Source of the DNA: Candidatus Eremiobacteria bacterium
Lineage (GTDB): Bacteria > Vulcanimicrobiota > Vulcanimicrobiia > Vulcanimicrobiales > Vulcanimicrobiaceae
Reading direction: 5' to 3'
Length of the DNA: 64,000 bases
Assembly (NCBI GenBank): GCA_963737065.1
Contig: CAVTRC010000001.1
Coordinates: forward strand, 1,344,001-1,408,000
This document shows, piece after piece, positions 37,431 through 47,742 of this stretch. Below the pieces are notes generated by a model. The model did not search any database and was not told the DNA's origin. It worked only from the letters and a program-made list of their open reading frames with translations. Numbering within the stretch: the first letter of the stretch is position 1; every line of letters starts with the position of its first letter. The position numbers were made by a program, and so were the translations under genes.

Positions 37431-37807
37431 GCGTACGCTCCCGCGTCGATCGCATCAAGCGCCTGAATCAGCGGACCTGCTCCACGCATTACGAGAACGT
37501 CGATGGGGCGGCCATGATCCAGAAACGGCTCGTTTCCCACAAGCCAACGCATGGCCGTATCGGCTTTGAAAACTTGCAACGCCCTGTTCATTACGTCATG
37601 GACGTCAATGACGCGTTTTGCCATTTCCGCGCTCATTTTTCGGTGCCCGGATGTCCAGTTCACGATTGTCGAATGGTCAGCATCGAGAAGTACCGCAAGC
37701 GGTCGAGGGCCGAACGCGCGAACGAGCCGTTCGAGCAACGGCTGCACTGTAGCTAGCTCCTCGGGGTGAGCGGGTGGTTGAATTTCCTGTACGGGTACGG
37801 TCCACAT
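37427..37807 (-). CDS. Xre/MbcA/ParS-type antitoxin
   Basis: HTH plus AMRWLVGNEPFLDHGRPIDVL...GAYA C-terminal toxin-binding pattern; directly upstream of RES gene. Confidence 0.85.
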   Translation of the reverse strand: MWTVPVQEIQPPAHPEELATVQPLLERLVRAFGPRPLAVLLDADHSTIVNWTSGHRKMSAEMAKRVIDVHDVMNRALQVFKADTAMRWLVGNEPFLDHGRPIDVLVMRGAGPLIQALDAIDAGAYA

Positions 37808-38535
37808 GCGTGCTGTCTCCCCTAAACGAAAGTATACCGCCGCAGCGCGAAACCGTAAACTGGTTTCCGAAGTCGAGGCACTCGCGAGCGGCGCGATCGG
37901 GCGGCAATACTACATGCCCGCACAAAAGGTCGCTCGAAAAAGTTGTTTTTGCCAGCCTAGAGCTGCAGAAACCGCATTTGCGGCCGTGCGCGTTGAGCGC
38001 TGCGCGTTTAGCGCCACTCGTCCCGACCGCCGCGCTTGGTGTTACGCAAGCGCTCGATGTGAATCGGCGCGTCGGAATTCGATTTCGAGCGCGCGATCGA
38101 TTGCGCCGGCCTGCGTGGCGGCGATGGCACTTGCGCGCTTAACTCGGCTTCGACTTGCTCGCGGTAAGAATCGTCTTGAGGCTCGCGCGTTGCATCCGCG
38201 TCAAGGTCATAACGGTGCGCGGCTCACGGACATTGGTGCGGTTAACTGCGATAGTTCTTGTGTACGTGGCGCTTGCCATCGCTTTCTTTGCAGAAGGCGC
38301 TCCGACTCATGGAGTTGTTCCAGGCTTTAGATAACGTCGTTGGAGCGATGGGCGTGTTCGCTGAGTTTATCCGGTTTGACGCTTTGCAGACCGTGCGCCC
38401 TTGCGAAAAGGTGGCCGGCGCGAAAGGCGTGGCACAAGTAATAAAAACCCAACGGAAAGTGCCACTTCGTGCAAAACCAACAACAGTCGCCCGGAATTCT
38501 AAAGACCCGGGAGTTTCTGGAGCTGGACATTGTTT

Positions 38536-38622
38536 TGGTGCTCAGGAAGGGACTCGAACCCCCACGATGTTGCCACCACTGGTACCTGAAACCAGCGCGT
38601 CTACCAATTCCGCCACCTGAGC
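38536..38622 (-). tRNA. tRNA-Leu(CAG)
   Basis: GCTCAGG acceptor stem, GGAATTGGTAGAC D-loop, CTGGT-TTCAGGT-ACCAG anticodon arm, long variable arm, GTTCGAG T-loop, encoded CCA; 87 nt. Confidence 0.97.
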
Positions 38623-38714
38623 TCAGTCCATCGCGCTTCGCGCGTCGTCCCCTTCGCGCAGCCGGAGTCGATTCGTGAAACTCGCTAGTCTTCCTCGGGG
38701 TTTGCGGTTCCACG

Positions 38715-39674
38715 ATGTCCGCAGTTAGAGTTGTCTCGCACGCAACGGTCGCACCTCAACCCGCGCTTGATGCATACTCGCGTGCCGTTACGGGCGCCGC
38801 GGAACTGGTCAGTCCATCGGTCGTGGCGATCGAGGTGCTCAACGGGCGTCGCTCGGGAAACGGTTCGGGATTCGTCTTTACGCCCGACGGCTTCGTGCTT
38901 ACGAACAGCCACGTCGTTCACAAGGCGCAGCACGTGCGCGTTGCGCTCTTGGACGGGCAAGATCTGCCGGCGGAGATTATCGGCGACGATCCGCATACCG
39001 ATCTCGCCGTACTTCGTATCGATGCGCCGGATATCGTCGCCGCCGCGCTTGGCGATTCATCAGCCTTGCGACCGGGTCAGCTCGTCGTCGCGGTCGGGAA
39101 TCCGTACGGCCTTGCGTATACCGTGACCGCCGGCGTCGTCAGCGCGCTCGGGCGCACGCTGCGCTCGCAGTCCGGACGCTTGATGGACAACATCATCCAA
39201 ACGGATGCGGCACTCAATCCCGGCAACTCCGGCGGACCGCTCGTAACGGCGACCGGGGAAGTAATCGGCGTGAACACCGCCGTGCTTCCCGGTCAGGGAC
39301 TTTGCTTTGCAATCGCCATCAACACGGTGAAACACGTTGCCAGTCTGTTGATTCGCGATGGGAAAGTTCGTCGCGGCTACTTCGGAATCGGAGGACAGGA
39401 CATCACGCTCTCGCGTGCCGCTGCGCGGCGTTTCGAACTCCTCGATCCGCGTGCTGTATTGGTCGGTTCCGTAGAACCAGGCAGTCCTGCATCGACCGCA
39501 CGGTTGCAAGAAGGCGACGTCCTTATTGGAATTGAAGGCGAACGGATTCTGGGAATCGACGACCTGCACAAACGGCTCACGTCGATCGATCTCCGCCGTC
39601 CGTATAAGCTCGACGTTGCGCGCAAGAGCGAACGGTTCCAAACGATTATTTTGCCCGTCGAATCGCCTGCATGA
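38715..39674 (+). CDS. HtrA/DegP-like serine protease with PDZ
   Basis: [32 protein letters not shown]; no signal peptide evident. Confidence 0.93.
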   Translation: MSAVRVVSHATVAPQPALDAYSRAVTGAAELVSPSVVAIEVLNGRRSGNGSGFVFTPDGFVLTNSHVVHKAQHVRVALLDGQDLPAEIIGDDPHTDLAVLRIDAPDIVAAALGDSSALRPGQLVVAVGNPYGLAYTVTAGVVSALGRTLRSQSGRLMDNIIQTDAALNPGNSGGPLVTATGEVIGVNTAVLPGQGLCFAIAINTVKHVASLLIRDGKVRRGYFGIGGQDITLSRAAARRFELLDPRAVLVGSVEPGSPASTARLQEGDVLIGIEGERILGIDDLHKRLTSIDLRRPYKLDVARKSERFQTIILPVESPA

Positions 39675-40885
39675 TCCGCAAACTCGCGCCGATTCTCGGC
39701 ATCACGTTTATCGACATCATCGGATTCAGCATGCTGCTTCCGATTTTGCCGTATTTCGTGACGCACTTCGGCATGAGCGCGATCGTCGTCGGCATCTTGC
39801 TCTCCACCTTCTCGCTCTGCCAGCTGATTTCGGGACCGATTTGGGGCAACGTTTCCGATCGCGTCGGACGCAAGACGGTTCTCATCATCAGCCAAATCGG
39901 TGCGACGATCGGATGGGCGATGCTCGCATTTGCTCCCAACATCCTGTGGATCTTCATCGCGCGCATCGTCGAAGGCATTTCCGGCGGCAACATCGGCATC
40001 ACGCAAGCGTATGTTGCGGATCTCGTGGAGCCGAAGCAACGAGCGAAAGCATTCGGCTTGATCAGCGCGACGTTTGCGGCGGGGATGGTGTTCGGACCCG
40101 CGGGGGGCGGTCTGCTCTACTCGAGATTCGGCTTTGCCGCGCCGTTCCTCGCCGCATCGGCGCTGCAATTGATCACGCTGATTCTGACCGTGATCCTTCT
40201 GCCCGAATCGCGCTCGAAGCTTCAGCGCGGGACGGAGCACGTCGGCACACGCGAAATCTTCGCGACGTTCACGAACGCACGGCTCTCGCCCATACTCTTA
40301 CAGAAACTCGCACTATCGCTTGCGCTTTACGGCTGGTACTCCGCGATCGCACTGTACCTTGCCGGTCAGATGCGCTTCGGCGTCGTACAAACCACGCAGT
40401 ACTTCTCGCTCTTTGCGATTGTGAACGTCGTAATCAACGGCGTCGGCGTCGGCAAGGCGTCCAATCGACTCGGCGACCGCGTGATGTCGTCACTTGGGCT
40501 CGCCCTGCTTGTCGCAGCCTTCGCCGCAGCGCCGTTCGTCCACAACATCTACACGCTTACGGGCGTGATGATTCTTTTCGCGGTCGGCGGTGCGTTCGCG
40601 AACAACGGTCTGGTCGCGATGATTTCCAACGTAGCGACGGAGCGCGAACAAGGCACGGTATTAGGGGTGTCGTCCTCGCTCGACTCGCTTTCGGGAATTT
40701 TCGCGCCGCCGGTTTCGACGGGATTGCTTGCGCGGTACGGGTCGCCGTTTGCGAGCGTCGAACCGTTGATCATGTCGGCGATCGCGCTCGCGCTCGGCGT
40801 CCGAAACTCGTTGCATGCACCGCGCGTAGCTCATGGGGTCACCGACGCATCCGTCATCACACCGCCTGCTGAGGAGCTCGTATGA
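39671..40885 (+). CDS. MFS transporter (TetA-like DHA1)
   Basis: [13 protein letters not shown] motif [12 protein letters not shown], multiple TM segments. Confidence 0.92.
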   Translation: MIRKLAPILGITFIDIIGFSMLLPILPYFVTHFGMSAIVVGILLSTFSLCQLISGPIWGNVSDRVGRKTVLIISQIGATIGWAMLAFAPNILWIFIARIVEGISGGNIGITQAYVADLVEPKQRAKAFGLISATFAAGMVFGPAGGGLLYSRFGFAAPFLAASALQLITLILTVILLPESRSKLQRGTEHVGTREIFATFTNARLSPILLQKLALSLALYGWYSAIALYLAGQMRFGVVQTTQYFSLFAIVNVVINGVGVGKASNRLGDRVMSSLGLALLVAAFAAAPFVHNIYTLTGVMILFAVGGAFANNGLVAMISNVATEREQGTVLGVSSSLDSLSGIFAPPVSTGLLARYGSPFASVEPLIMSAIALALGVRNSLHAPRVAHGVTDASVITPPAEELV

Positions 40886-41661
40886 AGACGAAGATTACCG
40901 GTACCACATTACCCGTTCTGGAAGTTGGCCTCGAACCGGGCGATAAAATCGTCGCCGAGCCCGGTGAGTTTTCATGGATGACGGAGAACGTGCAGCTGAA
41001 TACGACGGCTATGACGGCCGGCGCAAAAGGATTTATGGGCGTGATCGGCCGGGCGTTGTCCGGCGGCGGCATTTTCATGACCGAGTATTTCACGCAAGGC
41101 GGAAACGGCTTGATCGCGTTCGCCTCGAAGATGCCGGGCCAAATCATGCAAGTCGACGTGGAGCCGGGGCGCGAGTATATGATTCACCGGCACGGCTTCT
41201 TGTGCGCGACGCACGGCGTCGAGTTGAATATGGGTTTCCAGCGTTCGCTCGGCGCCGGAATCTTCGGCGGGAACGGCTTCATCTTACAGCGCTTGAGCGG
41301 AACCTGCACGGCGTGGGTGGAGCTCGGCGGTGAGATCGTCACGTACGACCTTGCACCGGGCGAATCGATTCAGGTTCATCCCGGGCACATCGGCATGTTC
41401 GAATCGACCGTTAACTTCGACATCACGCTCATGCGCGGCATCACGAACGCGGTATTCGGAGGCGACGGTTTGTTCATCGCGCGTTTGACCGGCCCCGGTA
41501 AACTTTGGCTGCAAACGCTCACGATGCCGAATCTTGCTCACGCATTGATTCCCTACATCGGAAGACAAGAAGCGCAAACTGCCGCGCAAACGGGAGTCGC
41601 GGGCGGTGTTGCAGGCGGCGTCGCGGCGTCTGTTCTGAAGAACCTATTCGGAGATCAATAA
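40882..41661 (+). CDS. AIM24 family protein
   Basis: GIFGGNGFILQRLSG, FGGDGLFIARLTGPGKLWLQT. Confidence 0.9.
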   Translation: MKTKITGTTLPVLEVGLEPGDKIVAEPGEFSWMTENVQLNTTAMTAGAKGFMGVIGRALSGGGIFMTEYFTQGGNGLIAFASKMPGQIMQVDVEPGREYMIHRHGFLCATHGVELNMGFQRSLGAGIFGGNGFILQRLSGTCTAWVELGGEIVTYDLAPGESIQVHPGHIGMFESTVNFDITLMRGITNAVFGGDGLFIARLTGPGKLWLQTLTMPNLAHALIPYIGRQEAQTAAQTGVAGGVAGGVAASVLKNLFGDQ

Positions 41662-44600
41662 CGCTCGAGATCAAATTCCTCGGGCAGGCGCGGGTCTACC
41701 GTGACGGCGCCGCAATCAAATTCGCAAAACCGTCCAAATCGCTCGCGATGCTCGCGTACCTCATTCTGCACGACGGGGTTCCCGTCGTGCGCGAGCATCT
41801 TGCGTTTACGATTTTTCCGGACTTGCCGGAAGAGGATGCGCTGAAGGAACTTCGCCGCTACCTCTACCTGGCGCAAAAAGCATTGCCCGCGCGCGCACCA
41901 CCGTGGATCCTTGCCGACGCCGAGACCGTGCAGTGGAACGGTGGTAACGATTCGCGCGTCGACGTACTCGATTTTCGGCGCTTGCGTAACGGCGACGCGA
42001 CCCTCGCACCGGCAGTAGACGCGTACGCGGGAGAATTTCTTCCCGAGTTCTACGATGAGTGGGTGATCGAGGAACGCGAACGCCTTCGCATCTCGTTTCA
42101 CGACGCGCTGACGGCGTTGGTGGTGCGCTCGCGCGGCGATCGCCGATACGCCGATGCAATTCGTTTTGCCCGGCGGCTTCTTGCCGACGATCCTTGGCGC
42201 GAAGACATCTTACGGCACTTGATCGCGGCACGGTATGAATCGGGCGACACCACGGGTGCGCTCGCGGAGTTCGATAAGTTCGCGCGGCGCGCACGCGAGG
42301 AGTTGCATGTTGAACCGATGCCGGAAACGCGCGCGCTTCGTACTTCTCTCGCATCCGGAACACCGTTACCGTCGTCGCTCGACCGCGTCGAGCGGCAATA
42401 TCGAATCGAAACCCACGCGCTCGCGTTCGCGGGCCGATCCAGAGAAATCGCGCGCTTGCACCATGCGTGGGAACGCGCAGCGCGCGGTACGGGCGGTCTC
42501 GTCGTGATTGAAGGCGAGTCGGGAATCGGCAAGTCGCGACTCGCTGCGGAATTTGCCCTAGGCGTGGAACAGTCGGGTGGCCGCGTCTTCGCCGGCACGA
42601 CGAGCTCGCCCGAAAAGATGCCGTATCAATGCATCATCGAACTGCTTCGCACCGCGGCGCCGTTGCTCGATGCGCTGCGCGGAAGCGATGTACGCGCCGA
42701 CGTGCTGTCCGAATTACTGCCCGAACTTCGAGAACGCGAACCGGCGCGCATCCGGATGCCGGACGTTGCGCCGCAGAACGGACAACTGCGTCTCTTCGAC
42801 GCCGTTGCGTCGTCGTTTGCATCGCTTGCTCGCACGCGGCCGCTGTTGCTTGTTATCGAAGATGCGCATTGGGCCGGCCAGCCGACGCTCGCGCTGTTGC
42901 GTGTACTCGCGCGCCGGGCAGCGCGTTTGCCGATCCTCATCGTGCTCACCGCGCGCGACGATGAAATTCCGCCGGAGCACCCGTTGCGTATGCTGCAACG
43001 CGAACTCAGTGACGAACACCTCGCGATGCGGCTCCCGCTCGGACGTTTGACACGCGCGGACGTCGACTATCTCCTCGAACGGCTCGAGCATCGAGCCGGC
43101 GAAGAACTCCACGCCGATGCACTGTTCGAGCGGAGCGAAGGTCATCCGCTGTTTCTGACCGAGGCGATCCGCGAAACGAAGGAGACGGGGAGCCAGCGTG
43201 GAGGCGGAGGACTCTCACGCATCGTCGAGCGTCGTCTTTCTTCGCTTTCGAGCGGCGCGCGTCGTTTGGCGGATGCCGCGGCAACGTGCGGCGTTTCCTT
43301 CGATCTCGACGCCGTTTGTTTAGCCTCGCACGCGAGCGACGCGGAAACGCAACGCCATATCGATGAGCTGCTCGACCGGCACGTCGTGCGTGAGATCGAA
43401 GGCTCAGGCGGATTTGAATACGTCTTCACGCACCACTTGATTGCGTCGGTTCTCTATGACGCACTCGATCCGCAACGACGATCGCGGCTACACAATCGCA
43501 TCGCGGCCGCGTTAGAACGGACGCAGATTGCGCGCCTCGACCGTGCCGCGCCGGAAATCGCGCGACATTATGACGCCGGTGGAGACGCGGCAAAGGCCGG
43601 CTCGTGGTATGCGCGAGCTGCTCGCGTTGCCGCGGGCGTCTTCGCGCATGCCGACGCCGTACGCTATGCGACGCTTGGGCTCGAACGCATCGACGAACCG
43701 AGCGCAACGGTGGAGCTGCTGCTGTTACGCGAGCGCGCGAACGCGCTGTTGGGAAGGCGCGAGTTGCAGCTACGCGACCTGGATGAACTCGACCGGCGTA
43801 ACATCGACACGTTGCGTGGGGACGTCTTGCAGCGGCGCATTGCGTTGGCGCGGGCGGCTCAGGACGCCGACGGCGGACGCGCAGCAATTCAGTCGCTCCG
43901 CGAGCATGGACGCCGGACCGACGACGGCCACTGGGTGGGCGTCGCGGATTGCGCCGACGCGTGGCTTGAAATTTCGCTGGGCGCATACGCGGCCGCGCGG
44001 CCGCTCGCGGAACGCGCGCGTTCTTATCTCAGCGCATGCGGAAGCGTCAGCGAGCAAGTCGAATGTTTGACGGCGCTCGCCGAGGTCGACGTCGCCGTCG
44101 GGCAAAACGAACGCGCCGAAACATTGTTGGAAGAAGCGCGCGCGATTGCCGAGCGAGGCGGCGACGAGTTCGCGAAAGCCGCGACGTTGATGCAAAGCGT
44201 CGCGATCGCCATGTCACAACAGCGCTTTGAAGCCGTGATGCGCCTTGCACGTGAAGCTGCCGAATTACACCGGATGCACGGCGACCTCGTCGGCGAAGCA
44301 GTCGCACAGGCGAATACCGCTTCCGCCGCGCTGCGATTGTCGCGTTGGAAAGAAGCTCGCGAAGCGAACGCGATTGCCGCGTCGACGTTTGAATCGATCG
44401 GTGACCGGCGTGGGCTCGCGCGAGTGCTGATGAATCTCGGCATGCTACACGGCCGCTGCGGTGATTTCTCCGCAAGCCGGTCGTTTTTTGCGCGCGCGTT
44501 CGAGTATCAGACGCTGCTCAAGGAGGACCGAGCTCGAACCGCGTCACTGTTGAATCAAAGTTTTATCGCGTTGTGGCAGCGTAAAAGCGCCGACGCAAAA

Positions 44601-45125
44601 CAGTTGGCGTCGCACGCCCTTTCGCTCGCGACGGCAATGCAACATGCAGCGTTTCGCGCGCAGGCGCTCGGAAATCTAGGCGCGGCTGAGCGCGATTTAG
44701 GTGAGGTCGCCGCGGGTGCCGCACATATGGATGAAGGCATCGCGCTCCAAACGGCGGTCGGACGAATGGCGGACGCAGCCAGCGATCTCGTTGATGCGGC
44801 GCTTGCGCATGCGCTCGCAGGAGAGCACGAAGCGGCGAAGGCGCTAACCGAGCGATTTTTGGCCCTCGATCACGGAGCGTGCGAAGGCGCGGTCTTCCCG
44901 CCCTATCCGTGGTGGATCGCAGCGCGCGTGCTCCAGGCGCTCGGCGACGATCGCCGCGCCGGCGCGCTCGCACAAGCGGCGAAAATCACGCGCTCGTCCT
45001 TGTCTGCAATCGACGACGATGAGCTTCGCGGCCATTTCGAACGGCTTCCGTTCGTCGCGTCGATCCGACGCGCGCAGAACGGCGATTGGGGCGATCTTCG
45101 GCACGCAAGCGGCACGGCGAGCTGA
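41658..45125 (+). CDS. SARP/BTAD + AAA ATPase + TPR regulator (AfsR-like)
   Basis: IKFLG wHTH start, EWVIEERERL, DPWRED, GESGIGKSRL Walker A, LLVIEDAHWA Walker B, SEGHPLFL, FTHHLI, TPRs; start codon uncertain. Confidence 0.9.
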   Translation: MTLEIKFLGQARVYRDGAAIKFAKPSKSLAMLAYLILHDGVPVVREHLAFTIFPDLPEEDALKELRRYLYLAQKALPARAPPWILADAETVQWNGGNDSRVDVLDFRRLRNGDATLAPAVDAYAGEFLPEFYDEWVIEERERLRISFHDALTALVVRSRGDRRYADAIRFARRLLADDPWREDILRHLIAARYESGDTTGALAEFDKFARRAREELHVEPMPETRALRTSLASGTPLPSSLDRVERQYRIETHALAFAGRSREIARLHHAWERAARGTGGLVVIEGESGIGKSRLAAEFALGVEQSGGRVFAGTTSSPEKMPYQCIIELLRTAAPLLDALRGSDVRADVLSELLPELREREPARIRMPDVAPQNGQLRLFDAVASSFASLARTRPLLLVIEDAHWAGQPTLALLRVLARRAARLPILIVLTARDDEIPPEHPLRMLQRELSDEHLAMRLPLGRLTRADVDYLLERLEHRAGEELHADALFERSEGHPLFLTEAIRETKETGSQRGGGGLSRIVERRLSSLSSGARRLADAAATCGVSFDLDAVCLASHASDAETQRHIDELLDRHVVREIEGSGGFEYVFTHHLIASVLYDALDPQRRSRLHNRIAAALERTQIARLDRAAPEIARHYDAGGDAAKAGSWYARAARVAAGVFAHADAVRYATLGLERIDEPSATVELLLLRERANALLGRRELQLRDLDELDRRNIDTLRGDVLQRRIALARAAQDADGGRAAIQSLREHGRRTDDGHWVGVADCADAWLEISLGAYAAARPLAERARSYLSACGSVSEQVECLTALAEVDVAVGQNERAETLLEEARAIAERGGDEFAKAATLMQSVAIAMSQQRFEAVMRLAREAAELHRMHGDLVGEAVAQANTASAALRLSRWKEAREANAIAASTFESIGDRRGLARVLMNLGMLHGRCGDFSASRSFFARAFEYQTLLKEDRARTASLLNQSFIALWQRKSADAKQLASHALSLATAMQHAAFRAQALGNLGAAERDLGEVAAGAAHMDEGIALQTAVGRMADAASDLVDAALAHALAGEHEAAKALTERFLALDHGACEGAVFPPYPWWIAARVLQALGDDRRAGALAQAAKITRSSLSAIDDDELRGHFERLPFVASIRRAQNGDWGDLRHASGTAS

Positions 45126-45137
45126 TACGGTTGCGCC

Positions 45138-45317
45138 GTGAACAGCGAACGGCGAGAACTGACCTTCGTCCTACGCATCTGGGTGAGCGACCGCGATAGC
45201 CGTGCATCGTCATGGCGCGGCTTCATCCACGAAGTCCGCAGCGGCAAACGTCTCCTCGTCACCGGCGTTCACGACATCGCCGATTTCATAGCGGCGCACT
45301 TGACGACCGGAGCCTAG
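45138..45317 (+). CDS. 59-aa hypothetical micro-protein
   Basis: MNSERRELTFVLRIWVSDRDSRASSWRGFIHEVRSGKRLLVTGVHDIADFIAAHLTTGA; fills the gap between flanking genes; below ORF-track cutoff. Confidence 0.75.
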   Translation: MNSERRELTFVLRIWVSDRDSRASSWRGFIHEVRSGKRLLVTGVHDIADFIAAHLTTGA

Positions 45318-45322
45318 CACTC

Positions 45323-46384
45323 GTGGCGATACGAATTGCACTTGCATTTCTCGTACTGTTATCCGCGCAGCCCGCTATCGCGGCTGAACGCATGTACTAC
45401 ATTGCGGCAGACAACGTACTGTGGGACTATGCTCCGAGCGGCCGCAACCAGTTCGATGGAACGATGCTCAAGAGACAGACCGATCAAATCGGCTTTTCAT
45501 ACCGCAAGATCGTCTACCATCGGTATACCGACGCGTCTTTTTCTACGATGGTGCCGCGAAACGCCGGCGAGCAGTATATGGGCATTCTCGGGCCCGTCAT
45601 TCACGCGGAAGTGGGTGACACCGTTGTCGTCGTCTTCAAGAACAACGCGCAGCTACCACTGAGTTTTCACGTCCACGGCCTACGCTATACGAAGAGCTCC
45701 GAAGGAGCGCCGTATCGCGACGGCGTCGATCCGTCGGTAAAGCGGGGCGACGCGGTAGCGCCAGGCGCGACGTACGCGTATCACTTTGACGTGCCCGATC
45801 GCGCGGGGCCCGGGCAGATGGACCAATCGTCCATCGTGTGGATGTATCACTCGCACACCGATGAATTGCGCGATGTGAACACCGGCCTCGTCGGCCCGAT
45901 CGTCGTAACGCGCAAAGGATCCGCCCGGCCCGATGGCTCACCGGTCGACGTCGCTCACGAAGTCTTTTCGCTCTTCGCTCAATTCGACGAAAGCCAAAAT
46001 CGTCTACTTTCTCAGAATCTTGAAATGGCGAAAGCGAACGGCGAGCGCATCAATGCACACGCGGCGGCATTCGTCGATGCGAACACGCTCTTTACCATCA
46101 ACGGGTTCATCTACGGCAACGGCCCGATCCTCGACGTTCGAAAAGGCGAACGAACGCGCTGGTACGTTATGGCGACGATGAGCGATTTCGACTTTCACGT
46201 GCCGCATTGGCACGGGGAGACGGTCCTCATTAACGGCATGCGCGCAGATAGCGCGCAACTGTTGCCAATGGGAATGATCGTCGCCGATATGATTCCAGAT
46301 AATCCCGGAACGTGGTTGTATCATTGTCACATCAACATTCACTTACAAGCCGGGATGTCCGCTCTGTATCGCACGCTTCCGTAA
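45323..46384 (+). CDS. secreted two-domain multicopper oxidase
   Basis: signal peptide, YYIAAD..WDYAP, HVHG, WMYHSH, HVPHWHG, WLYHCHINIHLQAGM. Confidence 0.92.
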   Translation: MAIRIALAFLVLLSAQPAIAAERMYYIAADNVLWDYAPSGRNQFDGTMLKRQTDQIGFSYRKIVYHRYTDASFSTMVPRNAGEQYMGILGPVIHAEVGDTVVVVFKNNAQLPLSFHVHGLRYTKSSEGAPYRDGVDPSVKRGDAVAPGATYAYHFDVPDRAGPGQMDQSSIVWMYHSHTDELRDVNTGLVGPIVVTRKGSARPDGSPVDVAHEVFSLFAQFDESQNRLLSQNLEMAKANGERINAHAAAFVDANTLFTINGFIYGNGPILDVRKGERTRWYVMATMSDFDFHVPHWHGETVLINGMRADSAQLLPMGMIVADMIPDNPGTWLYHCHINIHLQAGMSALYRTLP

Positions 46385-46401
46385 ACGAGGTCAATCACAT
46401 C

Positions 46402-46914
46402 ATGCTGAATATTCGCAAGGTTACGCTGCTCGTTCTCGCGTTCGCCGTTCCGGTCGCCGCGGGCAGAGCGGCACCGACGCCCGTTCCAGGCGGAGCAAAC
46501 CAGGTCAACGCAATCCAGGGCAAAGTCGGCGATACGATCTTTAACGGTGTACTTCGCATCACGGTTCAAACGGTACGCGATGCCACGGCGGACGATCATC
46601 CCGAGAAAATGCTGCCCGGACCGAATCAGAAGGTCATGGTGATGAACGTCTTGCTGCGTAACGGAATGCACAGCGATTTCATCGACCTTCTGAGCTACTC
46701 TCTCGCGGATGCCGACGACGTCGTATTCCAGATTCCGAGCAACTACATAAATCCCGGCAACCTGCACATTATCCAAGGTGCGGCCGCGCGGCAAAACGCC
46801 ATGTTTGTCGTCGATAAAGACTACAAGCCGGCCAAACTCATCGTTCAATGCGCCACCTGCTCGAGCGGACTACACTTTCGCTCGATCCGGCTTACAATTG
46901 CGCAATCGCAGTGA
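46402..46914 (+). CDS. hypothetical secreted protein
   Basis: GAGG SD, signal peptide, C-terminal CATC. Confidence 0.75.
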   Translation: MLNIRKVTLLVLAFAVPVAAGRAAPTPVPGGANQVNAIQGKVGDTIFNGVLRITVQTVRDATADDHPEKMLPGPNQKVMVMNVLLRNGMHSDFIDLLSYSLADADDVVFQIPSNYINPGNLHIIQGAAARQNAMFVVDKDYKPAKLIVQCATCSSGLHFRSIRLTIAQSQ

Positions 46915-47107
46915 GCATTCGGCAACGATCGTGCGCCTAGCTCGACCGGCAAGTGGGGAGGTTTCGGCGTTGATTTTCAAATCCGCTTCGGCGTTGCTTA
47001 CACCGTTGGCGAAGGCGTTCGCAGAGGCATAGGTCCTGTCATGTGGGTCTAGTCGCTTAAGGATGCGTTAGACCGTGTCAGAATGACTTGCGGATGGAGG
47101 ACTTCTC

Positions 47108-47674
47108 ATGACGTATTCTATCCGTTGTTTCTCTCTGGCGGCGGCGCTGATCGCAGCGCTAAGCGGTTCGGCTTACGCGCAGACTACCAAAGTCGAAGGG
47201 ACGCCCATTCCGGCGCCGGCTAAGCCGGACTTCTCGACATTGAAGTATCTCGTCGGCACGTGGACGTGCAGCGACCTCAGCTCACGCCGGCCCGGAGCCT
47301 TTACAACCACGGAAGTGTATTCGATGGACCCCAGCGGGTATTGGCTGACCCGGGACGACACGATCCATACGGCATCGTGGATTCCGCGTGACGTTCATTC
47401 GCAGACGAAGTTCACGTGGGACGCCGGCTCGGGCAAATGGGTCCGTATCACGACCGGCGACGGCGGGCAATTTGCGATTGCGACGGCCGGGGCGCGTAGC
47501 AGCGGCGGCCAGAGGACGTACACGTACGTAATTCAGTCCACCGCTCCCGACGTTTCATCGTACGCGCCCGAAGTCTACACGAAAGTGGGGAACACCAAAA
47601 AGACCATGAAGACGACGTTTACCGAGAAGACGGGGCGCGTCGTCAACGTCACGGAGACGTGCACGAAGTCTTAG
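47108..47674 (+). CDS. hypothetical secreted beta-rich protein
   Basis: GGAGG SD, AYA cleavage site, LVGTWTC lipocalin-like GxW. Confidence 0.8.
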   Translation: MTYSIRCFSLAAALIAALSGSAYAQTTKVEGTPIPAPAKPDFSTLKYLVGTWTCSDLSSRRPGAFTTTEVYSMDPSGYWLTRDDTIHTASWIPRDVHSQTKFTWDAGSGKWVRITTGDGGQFAIATAGARSSGGQRTYTYVIQSTAPDVSSYAPEVYTKVGNTKKTMKTTFTEKTGRVVNVTETCTKS

Positions 47675-47686
47675 CCTAATGTGCGG

Positions 47687-47715
47687 AAACGCCCGGTGAG
47701 GTTCGCCGGGCGTTT
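47687..47715. terminator. bidirectional terminator
   Basis: AAACGCCCGG / CCGGGCGTTT stem between convergent genes. Confidence 0.75.
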
Positions 47716-47742
47716 GGTGTTGCCATCAAACCGCTTCGAGAA

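Noticed and set aside
38253..38262. AGTTCTTGTG match to the inverted-repeat arm at 25071-25080
   Set aside because: Only 10 bp and does not extend; expected by chance
37774..38330. Plus-strand 122-aa and 174-aa ORFs
   Set aside because: Arg/Ala-rich, no motifs, overlap the antitoxin start or promoter
38258..38713. ORFs overlapping the tRNA
   Set aside because: Shadow translations of tRNA-Leu; no integrase catalytic residues
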